This document shows, one piece after another, positions 38,769-48,009 of a DNA stretch of 64,000 nt. Origin of the DNA: an uncultured Acidobacteriota bacterium (lineage in GTDB: Bacteria; Acidobacteriota; Thermoanaerobaculia; UBA5066; Gp7-AA6); the NCBI GenBank assembly GCA_963764715.1, contig CAVXTP010000021.1, forward strand, positions 128,001 to 192,000, written 5' to 3'. The notes beneath the pieces were generated by a model. The model made no database searches, was not told where the DNA came from, and saw nothing but the letters and a program-made list of their open reading frames with translations. The translations under genes and the position numbers were made by a program. Position 1 is the stretch's first letter. Each line of letters opens with the position of its first letter.

Positions 38769-39920
38769 TCAGGGTCTCCCGTTCGGATAAAAGACGACCT
38801 TCATCGCGCGGCGGTCGTCGAGCAGCTGCATCGCGTCGTGGAACTTCTCGAGGCCCTCGAACTCGTCGGTGACGAGCCCCTCGACGTCGAGGCCGGCCCG
38901 GAAGAGGTCGATCATCTTGATCCAGGTGTCGAAGATCCGCCGGCCGATGATGGCGTGGATCGTGATGCCCTTGAACACGACGTCGTGGGTGTACTCGCGG
39001 ATCGTCACGGCCTTGTCGCGCGGCAGGCCGAGGAGCGACAGGATCGCGCCCGGCCGCGCCGCGGCGAGGCCCAGGTTGATCGAGGGCTCCGCGCCCGAAA
39101 GCTCGAGCACGACGTCCGCGCCGCCGCCCGTGGCCTCGCGCAGGCTCCCGACGGGGTCCTTGGTGCGGGGCAGCTCGATGACCGAGACCTGGGAGAGCTT
39201 GCGCTCCTTGGCCCAGCGGCGCGCGTGCGCGGCCGCGAGGCCGTTGACCTCCGTGATCGCGATGCGGGCGGCGCCGGAGATGCGCGCGATCTCGGCGCAC
39301 ATCGCGCCGATCGGACCGTAGCCGAGCACGGCCACGGACACGCCGGAGAGGTCGGCGACCTGGGTGGTGTGGACGGCGTTGCCGAGGGCGTCGAGGAACG
39401 CGCCGACCTTCGGGGGGATCATGTCCCGGTCGAGCGGCACCACGTTGAAGGCCGGCACCACGACGTACTGGGCGAAGCAGCCGTCGCCGTGCACGCCCAG
39501 GATCCGCGTGTTCTCGCAGATGTGGCGGCGGCCCGTGCGGCATGGACGGCAGGCCCCGCACGTCACGTGCATCTCGGCCGAGACGTACTGGCCCTCCTCG
39601 AGGTGCGGGCGCTTTCCACCCGGCCCGAAGGCGACGATCTCGCCGCAGAACTCGTGGCCGTAGATGCGCGGGGGCCGGATCATCCCGGTGATCGAGGCGT
39701 CCCATTGATAGATGTGCTTGTCCGTTCCGCACACGGCCGTCGCCAGCACCTTGATCAGGACCTCGGCCTGCCCGGGAACCGGCACCGGAACCGTCTTGAT
39801 CTCCGTGGCGCCCGGACCGCCCGCGGCCTTCGTCTTGACGACCGCGGTCATCTTCGCGGGAAGCCCGGCTTTCGGACTCCTGCCTCCTGCCGCCCGCCTC
39901 CTGCCTCCTGTCTTCCCCAT
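38769..39920 (-). CDS. tdh: L-threonine 3-dehydrogenase
   Basis: VCGTDKHIY, GHEFCG, SAEMHVTCGACRPC, DALGNAVHT, GYGPIG. Start at 39920 or 39851. Confidence 0.9.
   Translation of the reverse strand: MGKTGGRRRAAGGRSPKAGLPAKMTAVVKTKAAGGPGATEIKTVPVPVPGQAEVLIKVLATAVCGTDKHIYQWDASITGMIRPPRIYGHEFCGEIVAFGPGGKRPHLEEGQYVSAEMHVTCGACRPCRTGRRHICENTRILGVHGDGCFAQYVVVPAFNVVPLDRDMIPPKVGAFLDALGNAVHTTQVADLSGVSVAVLGYGPIGAMCAEIARISGAARIAITEVNGLAAAHARRWAKERKLSQVSVIELPRTKDPVGSLREATGGGADVVLELSGAEPSINLGLAAARPGAILSLLGLPRDKAVTIREYTHDVVFKGITIHAIIGRRIFDTWIKMIDLFRAGLDVEGLVTDEFEGLEKFHDAMQLLDDRRAMKVVFYPNGRP
39867..39910 (-). repeat. Heptamer array (caggagg-type) at the 5' end of tdh
   Basis: caggagg caggagg cgggcgg caggagg caggagt ccgaaag. 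Confidence 0.7.
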
Positions 39921-41344
39921 CAGTCGCCCGCCTGGTCGTCGCGCACGAAGCCCGTGCGCGCGCCGGCCGCCGCGGCGTGGACCGAGTAGACTGACGCCGG
40001 CTTCACGTACTTTCCGACGACCGCGCGCGTTCCGCCGACCCGCAGCTTCTCGAAGAGGAACGTGAACTTGTCCTCGAGCGTCGCGCGGATCGCGCCCTTG
40101 GTGCCCTCGGGGAGGTTCCAGACCTGCTCCTTGTACGGGCCGATCGCCTTCTTGCGGGTCTTGTAGAGGAACTGGGGCTGCGTCTCGCCCGACTTCCGCT
40201 CCTCGGCGGCGTTCTCGTCGAGCCAGCGCTCGATCTCCCGCTTCAAGGGATAGGGGAACGCGGGGTGGTCGTAGACGGTGTTCATGAAGTCGGTCGCGAG
40301 ATGGATCTCGGCGCAGTCGTTGTCCGGGAAGTGGCCGAAGTACTCGGGCGGAAGGGTCGAGGCGCCGTGCTGCACGGCGCCGGCGAGGCCGTATTCCTCG
40401 CGCGCCACCTTCGAGATCGTCTTCAGGACGTTGAAGTCGATCGCGACCCGCTCGACCGTGCCGTCGGCCGCGACGACGCCGCCGTGCGAGGAGCCGGTCT
40501 GGACCGAGACCTTCTCGATGCCGTGGCCGCCGCCGAGCGCCTTGCGGTAGACGTTCATGTAGGCGCGGAACTCCTCGGGCGTCGAGTTCTCCTTGCCGAC
40601 CTCGCCGATCTCGCCGCCGACGGAGATCGGCATCGCCTTCGGCTCGCGCTCGCGGATGAACTTCGTGAAGCGGGCGCAGAGGTTCGCGTTGACGTCCTGC
40701 TGCGCCTCGAGCGTCGGCTTCGAGAGGTCGACGAGCGTCGACGTGTCGATGTCGATCTGGAGGAAGCCCGCCGGGATCGCCTCGTCGATGAGCGCCTCGA
40801 TCGCGGCGATCTCCTTCTCGGGCGCCTCCTTCATCTTCTTCGGGTTCGTCTGGAAGTGGTCGCCCTGCAGGAAAAACGGGCCCGTCCACTCCTCGCGGAT
40901 CGCGGCGGCGAGCATCACGGCCGCGTACTCGGCCGGGCGCTGCTCCGTGTAGCCCATCTCGCTGCGGGCGATCTCGAAGATGAGCGCGCCGACGTCGAGG
41001 CGCCGGGCGGCGCGCATGGCAGCGCGCGCCGTGTCGTAGGACATGATCCGGACGTTGACCGCGGGGACCGTGAAGCCGGAGACCTCGCCCCGCCCCCGCG
41101 CCTGGTAGAGGGGGAGGATCGAGGCGGGGAGGATGCCGAGGGATTCGGCGGCCTCGCGGATCGCGTGGCGCGCGCCGTCCCGCGCCTCGGCCGGCGCGAA
41201 GACGGCCGTCCAGACGAGGGCGTCGATCATCTCGGCGCGGAAGCGCGCCGGGTTCGTCACGACGACGCCGCCGTCGAGGCGGCAGGTCCCCGAGCGAGTC
41301 AGGGCTTCTCGAAGCTCGGCCGGGGATGCGTAGAGGTTCATCAT
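39920..41344 (-). CDS. Class II fructose-bisphosphate aldolase family protein
   Basis: FTVPAVN, QGDHFQ, IDIDTS, GEIGEVG, TGSSHGG, VQHGASTL. Confidence 0.85.
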   Translation of the reverse strand: MMNLYASPAELREALTRSGTCRLDGGVVVTNPARFRAEMIDALVWTAVFAPAEARDGARHAIREAAESLGILPASILPLYQARGRGEVSGFTVPAVNVRIMSYDTARAAMRAARRLDVGALIFEIARSEMGYTEQRPAEYAAVMLAAAIREEWTGPFFLQGDHFQTNPKKMKEAPEKEIAAIEALIDEAIPAGFLQIDIDTSTLVDLSKPTLEAQQDVNANLCARFTKFIREREPKAMPISVGGEIGEVGKENSTPEEFRAYMNVYRKALGGGHGIEKVSVQTGSSHGGVVAADGTVERVAIDFNVLKTISKVAREEYGLAGAVQHGASTLPPEYFGHFPDNDCAEIHLATDFMNTVYDHPAFPYPLKREIERWLDENAAEERKSGETQPQFLYKTRKKAIGPYKEQVWNLPEGTKGAIRATLEDKFTFLFEKLRVGGTRAVVGKYVKPASVYSVHAAAAGARTGFVRDDQAGD

Positions 41345-41404
41345 GGCTCCACGTCGGAAAGTGCCCGGGGATTCTAATGCAGGGCCGTATGCTACGGTCT
41401 TTCC

Positions 41405-42799
41405 GTGACGCCTGCCGAGCTCGCCGACGTCCTGTCCGGGGCGCTGCCGCCGGAGGCGATCCTGTCCGACGTCGAGTCGCTCGACGCGCACGCCCACGAC
41501 GAGACCGAGGACCTCCGGTCCCGCCCGGCGATCGTCGTCGCCCCGCGCTCGGAGGACGAGGTCCGGGCGGTCCTCGCCGCGGCGCACGCGCGGCGCTTCC
41601 CGGTCACGCCCCAGGGCGCGCGCACGGGCCTCTCCGGCGGGGCCCTCCCGTCGCCCGGCGGCGTCGCGCTCGACCTGACCCGGATGAACCGGATCCTCGA
41701 GATCGACCGCGAGAACCTCTACGCCGTCGTCGAGCCCGGCGTCGTCACGCAGGTCCTCCAGGAGGAGGTCGAGCGGCTCGGTCTCTTTTATCCCCCCGAC
41801 CCCTCGTCGCGCGGCTCCTGCACGATCGGCGGCAACGTCGCCGAGAACGCCGGCGGACCGCGCGCCGCCAAGTACGGGACGACCGGCCGCTACGTGGCGG
41901 GCCTGCGGGTGGTGCTGCCGGGGGGCGCGGTCCTCGCGCTCGGCGGGAAGAACCGGAAGGACGTCGCGGGCTACGACCTCGTGCCGCTCTTCGTCGGGAG
42001 CGAGGGGACCCTGGGCGTCGTGACGCAGGCGACGTTGCGCCTCGTGCCGCTCCCGACGCACCGCCGCCTCCTGTGGGCGTCGTTTCGCGAGGAGGGCCAG
42101 GCGCTCGCCGCGGTCACGCGCCTCTACGCGCGGGAGAGCGAGCCGTCGGCCTGCGAGTTCATGGAGCGGCGCGCGGCCGAGGTGTCGGCGGCGTGGCTGT
42201 CGCTCGCGCTTCCGGCCGACGCCGACGCGCACCTCTTCGTCGAGGCCGACGGCTTCGCCGAGGACGCGGTCGCGCGGGACGCCGAGCGGTTCGGCGGGAT
42301 CATGCTGGAGTCGGGCGCGCTCGACGTCCGCGTCGCGATGGCCGAGCGCGAGGTGCGCGATTTCTGGCGGCTGCGCCGCGCCGTCGGCGAGGCGGTGAAG
42401 TCGCTCGGCCCGTACGCCGAGGAGGACTGCACGGTGCCGCGCTCGAAGCTGCCCGTGCTCCTGTCGGCGGTGCGCCGGGTCGCCGCCGCCCACCGGCTCG
42501 ATGCGGTCTGCTACGGGCACGCCGCCGACGGGAACATCCACGTCAACGTGGTCCAGCCGGCCGGCCAACGGGAGCGCTGGCTCGCCGGGCGCGAGCGCGC
42601 GGTCGAGGAGATCTTCCGGGAGGTCGTGGCCCTGGGCGGCACGATCACCGGCGAGCACGGCGTCGGGGTCACGCAGCGCGCCTACCTCGGCCTGCGCCAC
42701 TCGCCGGACGTCGTCGCGGCGATGCGCGGGATCAAGCGCCTGTTCGATCCCGAGGGGATCCTGAACCCCGGTAAGATCTTCGCGGACGTCCACGCATGA
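41405..42799 (+). CDS. FAD-linked oxidase, GlcD/D-lactate dehydrogenase family
   Basis: GARTGLSGGA, PDPSS, IGGNVAENAGG, GSEGTLG, GHAADGNIH, GEHGVG, LNPGK. Confidence 0.9.
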   Translation: MTPAELADVLSGALPPEAILSDVESLDAHAHDETEDLRSRPAIVVAPRSEDEVRAVLAAAHARRFPVTPQGARTGLSGGALPSPGGVALDLTRMNRILEIDRENLYAVVEPGVVTQVLQEEVERLGLFYPPDPSSRGSCTIGGNVAENAGGPRAAKYGTTGRYVAGLRVVLPGGAVLALGGKNRKDVAGYDLVPLFVGSEGTLGVVTQATLRLVPLPTHRRLLWASFREEGQALAAVTRLYARESEPSACEFMERRAAEVSAAWLSLALPADADAHLFVEADGFAEDAVARDAERFGGIMLESGALDVRVAMAEREVRDFWRLRRAVGEAVKSLGPYAEEDCTVPRSKLPVLLSAVRRVAAAHRLDAVCYGHAADGNIHVNVVQPAGQRERWLAGRERAVEEIFREVVALGGTITGEHGVGVTQRAYLGLRHSPDVVAAMRGIKRLFDPEGILNPGKIFADVHA

Positions 42800-43209
42800 T
42801 CCGCCTCTCGCGCACGATCCACTTCAACGCGGGCCGCAGCCTCTGGCGCGCGGACTGGCCGCGCGAGCGCAACCTCGCCGTCTACGGAGACGAGGGGCCC
42901 CACGGGTACGGCCACAACTACGAGCTCGAGGTCGCGGTCGAAGGCGCGGTCGATCCCGAGACGGCGATGGTCGTCAACCTGACGGACCTCGACCGGATCC
43001 TCAAGGAGGAGGTCGACCGCCCGCTCGACCACCGACAGCTCAACCGCGACGTGCCCGCGTTCGCCTCGACCCCGCCGACGGCGGAGAACGTCGCCGCGTG
43101 GATCTGGAAGCGTGTGGGCGAGCGCATCGTGCGCGAGAAGTGGCCGTGCCGGATCGTCCACCTGCGCCTGCGCCTGACGCCGCATTTCGCGGTCGAGATC
43201 GAGGCCTGA
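42796..43209 (+). CDS. QueD/PTPS-like T-fold protein with a degenerate active site
   Basis: GHNYELEV, DPETAMVVNL, LDHRQLN, PTAENVA. Confidence 0.8.
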   Translation: MIRLSRTIHFNAGRSLWRADWPRERNLAVYGDEGPHGYGHNYELEVAVEGAVDPETAMVVNLTDLDRILKEEVDRPLDHRQLNRDVPAFASTPPTAENVAAWIWKRVGERIVREKWPCRIVHLRLRLTPHFAVEIEA

Positions 43210-43211
43210 CG

Positions 43212-44198
43212 ATGGCCGGGCCCGTCCTCGTCGTGGGCGCCACGGGCCAGCTCGGGACGGCCGTCGTCGACCGCCTGGCGAAGGCGGGGGTGCGTGTGCG
43301 CGCGCTCGTGCGCCCGACCTCCCCCCGGGAGTTCCGGGCGGAAGGCGTCGAGCTCGCCTTCGGCGACCTGCGGGAGCCGGAGAGCCTCGTGGCCGCGTGC
43401 CAGGGGATGTCGACCGTCGTCGCCACGGCCAATGCCGTCGTGCCGCGCGCCCCCGGGACGTTCGACGAGGTCGAGGACACGGGCTACTCCAACCTGCTCG
43501 ACGCGTGCCGGGCGGAAGACGTGAAGCGAATCATCTTCATGTCCGTCGTGGAGACGCCCCTCGACAAGAGCGTCACGACGTTCCGCCTGAAGCGCCGGAC
43601 CGAGGAGAAGATCCAGGGGAGCGGCCTGGCCTACTCGATCTTCCGCGGCGACTTCTTCATGGACGACTGGTTCGCGCTGATGGGCTCGAGGCTTCCGCTG
43701 CGGGGCGCGCCGGCGGCGACGCTGAAACGGCCCTTCTGGTTCGCGAAGGGGTTCATGGCCGTGGCCGGCTCATCGATCGACCGGCGCGGGATCGCTCTCG
43801 TGCCGGGAAACGGAACGACGCGACACACCCCGGTCGCGCTCGACGACGTCGCCGCGATCCTGTCCGCGGCGGCCGCGGCGCCCGAGACCGGCGAGAACCT
43901 TCTCGAGAACCTCGGCGGGCCGGAGATCCTGTCGTGGCACGACATCGTGGCGATCTTCTCGCGCGTGCTCGGAAAGCCCCTCAAGATGATCCATACGCCG
44001 GCGAAGGTCTACCGCGTCGCCGCCGACGTGCTCGAGGCGCTGTCGCCCCCGGCCGGCAACCTCATGGCCATGAGCTGGGCCTCGGCCTCGTGCGACACGG
44101 CGTTCGACGGAAAGCCCCTCGCGGAGCGCTTCGGCGTCCGCCTCACGAGCGCGGAGGAATTCCTGCGCGCGAAAGCGGCGCTGCCGCCCGAAGCCTGA
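43212..44198 (+). CDS. NmrA-like/atypical SDR NAD(P)-binding protein
   Basis: VVGATGQLG, VRALVR, GDL, LGGPE. Confidence 0.82.
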   Translation: MAGPVLVVGATGQLGTAVVDRLAKAGVRVRALVRPTSPREFRAEGVELAFGDLREPESLVAACQGMSTVVATANAVVPRAPGTFDEVEDTGYSNLLDACRAEDVKRIIFMSVVETPLDKSVTTFRLKRRTEEKIQGSGLAYSIFRGDFFMDDWFALMGSRLPLRGAPAATLKRPFWFAKGFMAVAGSSIDRRGIALVPGNGTTRHTPVALDDVAAILSAAAAAPETGENLLENLGGPEILSWHDIVAIFSRVLGKPLKMIHTPAKVYRVAADVLEALSPPAGNLMAMSWASASCDTAFDGKPLAERFGVRLTSAEEFLRAKAALPPEA

Positions 44199-44200
44199 GC

Positions 44201-44953
44201 GTGTTCATCCTCGGCCTCGTCCTCTCGGCCGGCATCGGCCTGTCCCTGGGCCTGATCGGCGGGGGCGGCTCGATCATCACGGTGCCCGTGCTGGTCTACG
44301 TCCTGGGCGTGCCGCCGCACCGCGCGATCGGCATGTCGCTCGCCGTGGTGGGATCGACCGCGCTCGTGGGTGCGCTGCTTCATCACCGCAAAGGCTCCGT
44401 GGCCTGGCGGACGGGGACGCTCTTCGCCGCGAGCGGAATCGTCAGCGCCTACCTCGGCTCGAAGCTCACGCGGCTGGTGTCGTCCCCGGCGCTCATGCTG
44501 CTCTTCGCGGGGCTGATGCTCGTCGTCGCGACCGTGATGCTCATCCGCCGGAATCCGGGCGCCGACTCTCCCGCGCATGCGGTCAATCTTCCGCGCGCGG
44601 CGCTGGCGGGGCTGGGGGTCGGGTTCCTGACGGGGTTCCTGGGAGTCGGCGGCGGGTTCCTGATCGTGCCGGCGCTCGTCGTGTTCGGCGGGCTCGGCAT
44701 GAAGGCGGCGATCGGAACCTCCCTGTTCGTGATCGCGGTCAACTGCGCGGCCGGGCTCGTCGGCCATCTGGCGACGGGCGACTTCGACGTCCGACTGACG
44801 GTCGTGGTCACGGCGCTGGCGGTCGGCGGCGCGCTCGTGGGAACCTCGCTGTCGCACCGGTTCCATCCCTCGGGCCTGCGCCGGATCTTCGCCTGGTTCG
44901 TCGTCGCGGTGGCGCTGTATCTGGTGGTCCGGAACTACAATGCGGTCTTTTGA
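44201..44953 (+). CDS. Sulfite exporter TauE/SafE family
   Basis: LGLIGGGGSIITVPVL, AIGMSL, GFLGVGGGFLIVP, AIGTSL. Confidence 0.9.
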   Translation: MFILGLVLSAGIGLSLGLIGGGGSIITVPVLVYVLGVPPHRAIGMSLAVVGSTALVGALLHHRKGSVAWRTGTLFAASGIVSAYLGSKLTRLVSSPALMLLFAGLMLVVATVMLIRRNPGADSPAHAVNLPRAALAGLGVGFLTGFLGVGGGFLIVPALVVFGGLGMKAAIGTSLFVIAVNCAAGLVGHLATGDFDVRLTVVVTALAVGGALVGTSLSHRFHPSGLRRIFAWFVVAVALYLVVRNYNAVF

Positions 44954-45001
44954 AGCGGCCGCTCGACGCGGCCGAGGGCAGAGATCGAAAGCGATGAGGC
45001 G

Positions 45002-46438
45002 ATGAGCGTCGCGACCGAAAAGGCTTCCATGCACTTCGAGCAGTTCTATCTGGGCTGCCTCGCGCAGGCCTCGTACCTGATCGGGTCGGACGGCGAGGCC
45101 GCGATCGTCGATCCTCGACGCGACGTCGACGTCTACATCGAGGCGGCGAAAGCGCGCGGCCTGCAGATCCGGCACGTCATCGAGACGCACCTCCACGCGG
45201 ACTTCGTGTCGGGGCACCGAGAGCTCGCCGGGAAGACGGGCGCGAAGATCTACTTCGGAGCCCGGGCGCAGGCGGCGTTCCCGCACGTGGCGGTCCGGGA
45301 CGGCGACGAGATCCGGATGGGAAACGTCACGCTCCGGTTTCTCGAGACTCCCGGCCACACCCCCGAGTCCGTGTCCGTGCTCGTCACGGACCGTTCGCGC
45401 TCCGAGATCCCCGAGGCCGTGCTGACCGGCGACACGCTCTTCATCGGCGACGTCGGGCGGCCGGACCTCCTGGGCGCCCGGATGAGCGCCGAGGAGCTCG
45501 CCGGCATGCTCTACGACTCGCTGCACCGGAAGCTGCTGACCCTGCCGGACTCCGTCAAGGTCTACCCGGCGCACGGGGCCGGCTCGCTCTGCGGCCGCAA
45601 CATCTCGAACGAGACCAGCTCGACGATCGGCGACCAGCGCCGCTTCAACTGGGCCCTGCGCCCGATGCCTCGCGAGGAGTTCGTCCGCCTCCTGACGACG
45701 GACCTGCCGGAGGCGCCGGCCTACTTCTCGCGCGATGCGGCCCTGAACCGCGAGGGGCCGAGGCCGCTCGCGGAGCTGCCTCCCGTCCCCGAGCTCTCGC
45801 CCGCCGAGGTCGAGACGGCGCTCGGCGCGGGGGCCGTCCTCCTGGACACCCGCGGCTCGGCCGAGTACGGCGCCGGGCACGTCCCGGGATCGATCCACAT
45901 GGGGCTCTCCGGGCAGTTCGCGTCCTGGGCCGGCACGCTGCTGTCGCCGCAGTCGCCGGTCGTGCTCGTGGGCGAGGACCCCGAGCGGATCGACGAGGCC
46001 CGCCTGCGCCTGGCGCGGGTGGGGCTCGAGTCGGTCGCCGGCCAGCTTTCGGGCGGCGTCGAGGCCTGGCAGGCCTCGGGTCGGCCGCTCGCCCGCACCG
46101 AGCAGATCGACGTCGACGAGCTGCGCGAGCGCCTGCGCGAAGACCCGACGCTCCGGGTCGTCGACGTGCGCCGCCTGCCCGAGTGGAACGGGGGTCACAT
46201 CGCCGGGGCTCGCTCGATGCCCCTCCACCAGCTCGCGGAGCTCGCGCCGGCGCTCGACCGGTCCGGGCCGGTCGCTGCGATCTGCGCCGGCGGGTACCGG
46301 TCGTCGACCGCGACGAGCGTGCTCGAGCGGCTGGGGTTCCCGCACGTCATCAACGTCGTCGGCGGCATGGGCGCCTGGGCGGCGGCGAAGTACGGGATGG
46401 AAACCTCTGAACCAGCGAACGTCAGCAGTCAGCAGTAA
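45002..46438 (+). CDS. MBL-fold persulfide dioxygenase fused to two rhodanese domains (CstB-like)
   Basis: ETHLHADFVSG, TPGHT, TGDTLFIGDVGRPDL, PAHGAGSLCG, GHVPG, ICAGGYRS. Start at 45002 or 45029. Confidence 0.9.
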   Translation: MSVATEKASMHFEQFYLGCLAQASYLIGSDGEAAIVDPRRDVDVYIEAAKARGLQIRHVIETHLHADFVSGHRELAGKTGAKIYFGARAQAAFPHVAVRDGDEIRMGNVTLRFLETPGHTPESVSVLVTDRSRSEIPEAVLTGDTLFIGDVGRPDLLGARMSAEELAGMLYDSLHRKLLTLPDSVKVYPAHGAGSLCGRNISNETSSTIGDQRRFNWALRPMPREEFVRLLTTDLPEAPAYFSRDAALNREGPRPLAELPPVPELSPAEVETALGAGAVLLDTRGSAEYGAGHVPGSIHMGLSGQFASWAGTLLSPQSPVVLVGEDPERIDEARLRLARVGLESVAGQLSGGVEAWQASGRPLARTEQIDVDELRERLREDPTLRVVDVRRLPEWNGGHIAGARSMPLHQLAELAPALDRSGPVAAICAGGYRSSTATSVLERLGFPHVINVVGGMGAWAAAKYGMETSEPANVSSQQ

Positions 46439-46447
46439 GCAGGAGGC
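46423..46447 (+). repeat. Heptamer array supplying a stop codon and the next gene's RBS
   Basis: cagtcag cagTAAg cAGGAGG cggg ATG. Confidence 0.6.
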
Positions 46448-46450
46448 GGG

Positions 46451-47881
46451 ATGCGGCAATTCATCATGGCCGTCGCGGTGATGGCGGTGGCCGGCCTGGG
46501 GCTCGGCGAGGAAAAGAAGGGCGGCGGCTACTGGGACGCCAAGAAGTCCGCGTGGCTCGGGCTGACGGCGGCCCAGAAGGACCAGACCTTCAAGTTCGCC
46601 GACGACTACAAGCGATACCTCGACGTCGCGCGGACGGCCGAGCTCTCGACCCGCGAAGTGGCCCGGCTCGCGAAGGCCGCCGGGTTCACGGAGTTCAAGG
46701 ACGCGTCGCAGGTGAAGGCGGGCGCGAAGCTCATCGTGACCGCCCGCGACCGCGCGATCATCCTCGCCGTCATCGGCTCGGACTCCCTGCTCTCGGGCAG
46801 CCGGCTCGTCGGCACGCACCACGACAGCCCGCACATCGACCTGAAGGCGAGGCCGTTCGAGTCCGCGGGCGGCGGATTCGCCCTCTTCAACACGATCTAC
46901 TACGGCGGCATCAAGAAATACCAGTGGGCGAACCGGCCGCTCGCGCTCGTCGGGCGCATCGACACGGCCGACGGAAAGCGGGTCGAGGTTTCGATCGGAC
47001 TCAAGGACGGCGACCCCGTCTTCGTCATCGCCGACAACGCCCCGCATTCGGACAAGCCCCTGCGCGACCGGAAATACAACGAGGTGATCTCGGGCGAGGA
47101 GCTCGATCCGGTCGCCGGCAGCATTCCGGGGCCCGACTCCTCCGTCGTCGACCAGGTCGTGGCGGCGATGACGTCGACCTACGGGGTGCGCGAAGAGGAT
47201 TTCGCGTCGGCGGAGCTCTCGCTCGTCCCCGCGGCGCGTCCGGCCGACGTGGGGCTCGACCGGGGGCTCGTGGGCGCCTCGGGGCAGGACGACCGGTTGT
47301 CGTCGTACTGCGCGGTACGCGCGATCCTGGACCTCTCCGGGACGCCGAAGAAGACCGCCCTCGCGTACCTCTCCAACTTCGAGGAGGTCGGCTCCGTCAA
47401 CAACTCCGGCGCGGCGTCGCAGTTCTACAACACGACGCTCGCGAAGCTCGTCGCCGCCGAGCGCGGCGCGAAGTACACGGACCTCGACCTGCGGGAGGCG
47501 CTGCGCCGTTCCGAGGTCATCTCCGCCGACGTCAACGACGGCATCAACCCGATCTTTCCGCAGACGAGCGAGGCCACCAACGCCGCGCGCCTCGGCTGGG
47601 GCGTGACCATCAAGCGCTACGGCGCCGGCTTCGACGCGAACTCCGAGTTCGCCGCGCGGATCCGCGGGATCATGGAAAAGAACGGGATCGCGTGGCAGAC
47701 CCAGACGCCCAAGGTCGACGGCTACTCCGGCGGAACGATCGGCGGGTTCCTCTCGGCGTGGGACATGGAGGTCATCGACCTCGGCGTGCCCCTCCTGTCC
47801 ATGCACTCGACCTTCGAGATGTCGTCGAAGGTCGACGTCTGGAGCTTCTACCGGTTCATGGCCGCGTTTTACGGTTCGTAA
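46451..47881 (+). CDS. M18 family aminopeptidase with an N-terminal signal peptide
   Basis: HHDSPHIDLK, YYGGIKKYQW, GQDDR, EEVGS, SADV, LSMHS. Confidence 0.88.
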   Translation: MRQFIMAVAVMAVAGLGLGEEKKGGGYWDAKKSAWLGLTAAQKDQTFKFADDYKRYLDVARTAELSTREVARLAKAAGFTEFKDASQVKAGAKLIVTARDRAIILAVIGSDSLLSGSRLVGTHHDSPHIDLKARPFESAGGGFALFNTIYYGGIKKYQWANRPLALVGRIDTADGKRVEVSIGLKDGDPVFVIADNAPHSDKPLRDRKYNEVISGEELDPVAGSIPGPDSSVVDQVVAAMTSTYGVREEDFASAELSLVPAARPADVGLDRGLVGASGQDDRLSSYCAVRAILDLSGTPKKTALAYLSNFEEVGSVNNSGAASQFYNTTLAKLVAAERGAKYTDLDLREALRRSEVISADVNDGINPIFPQTSEATNAARLGWGVTIKRYGAGFDANSEFAARIRGIMEKNGIAWQTQTPKVDGYSGGTIGGFLSAWDMEVIDLGVPLLSMHSTFEMSSKVDVWSFYRFMAAFYGS

Positions 47882-47917
47882 GGCGGGCGGCGTAGAAGCT
47901 CGAGGAGGCCCCCGGTC

Positions 47918-48009
47918 GTAGGGGCGGGGCTTGTCCCCGCCCACGCCGGAGCTTCTGCCGCGGTCACCGATGTTTCGGCGGGACGGGCGCCCGCAAGGGG
48001 CGCCCCTAC
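47918..48009. repeat. REP doublet (REPIN-like), GTAG family
   Basis: GTAGGGGCGGGGCTTGTCCCCGCCC on + and an inverted GTAGGGGCGCCCCTTGCGGGCGCCC on -. Confidence 0.82.

Noticed and set aside
44009-47944. 1311-aa minus-strand ORF, and similar long ORFs at 17404-20661, 26427-28604, 35002-36873, 52716-54953 and 58470-60650
   Set aside because: These are antisense shadows of well-supported genes. High GC suppresses stop codons, and the translations are Arg/Gly/Ala-rich with no motifs.
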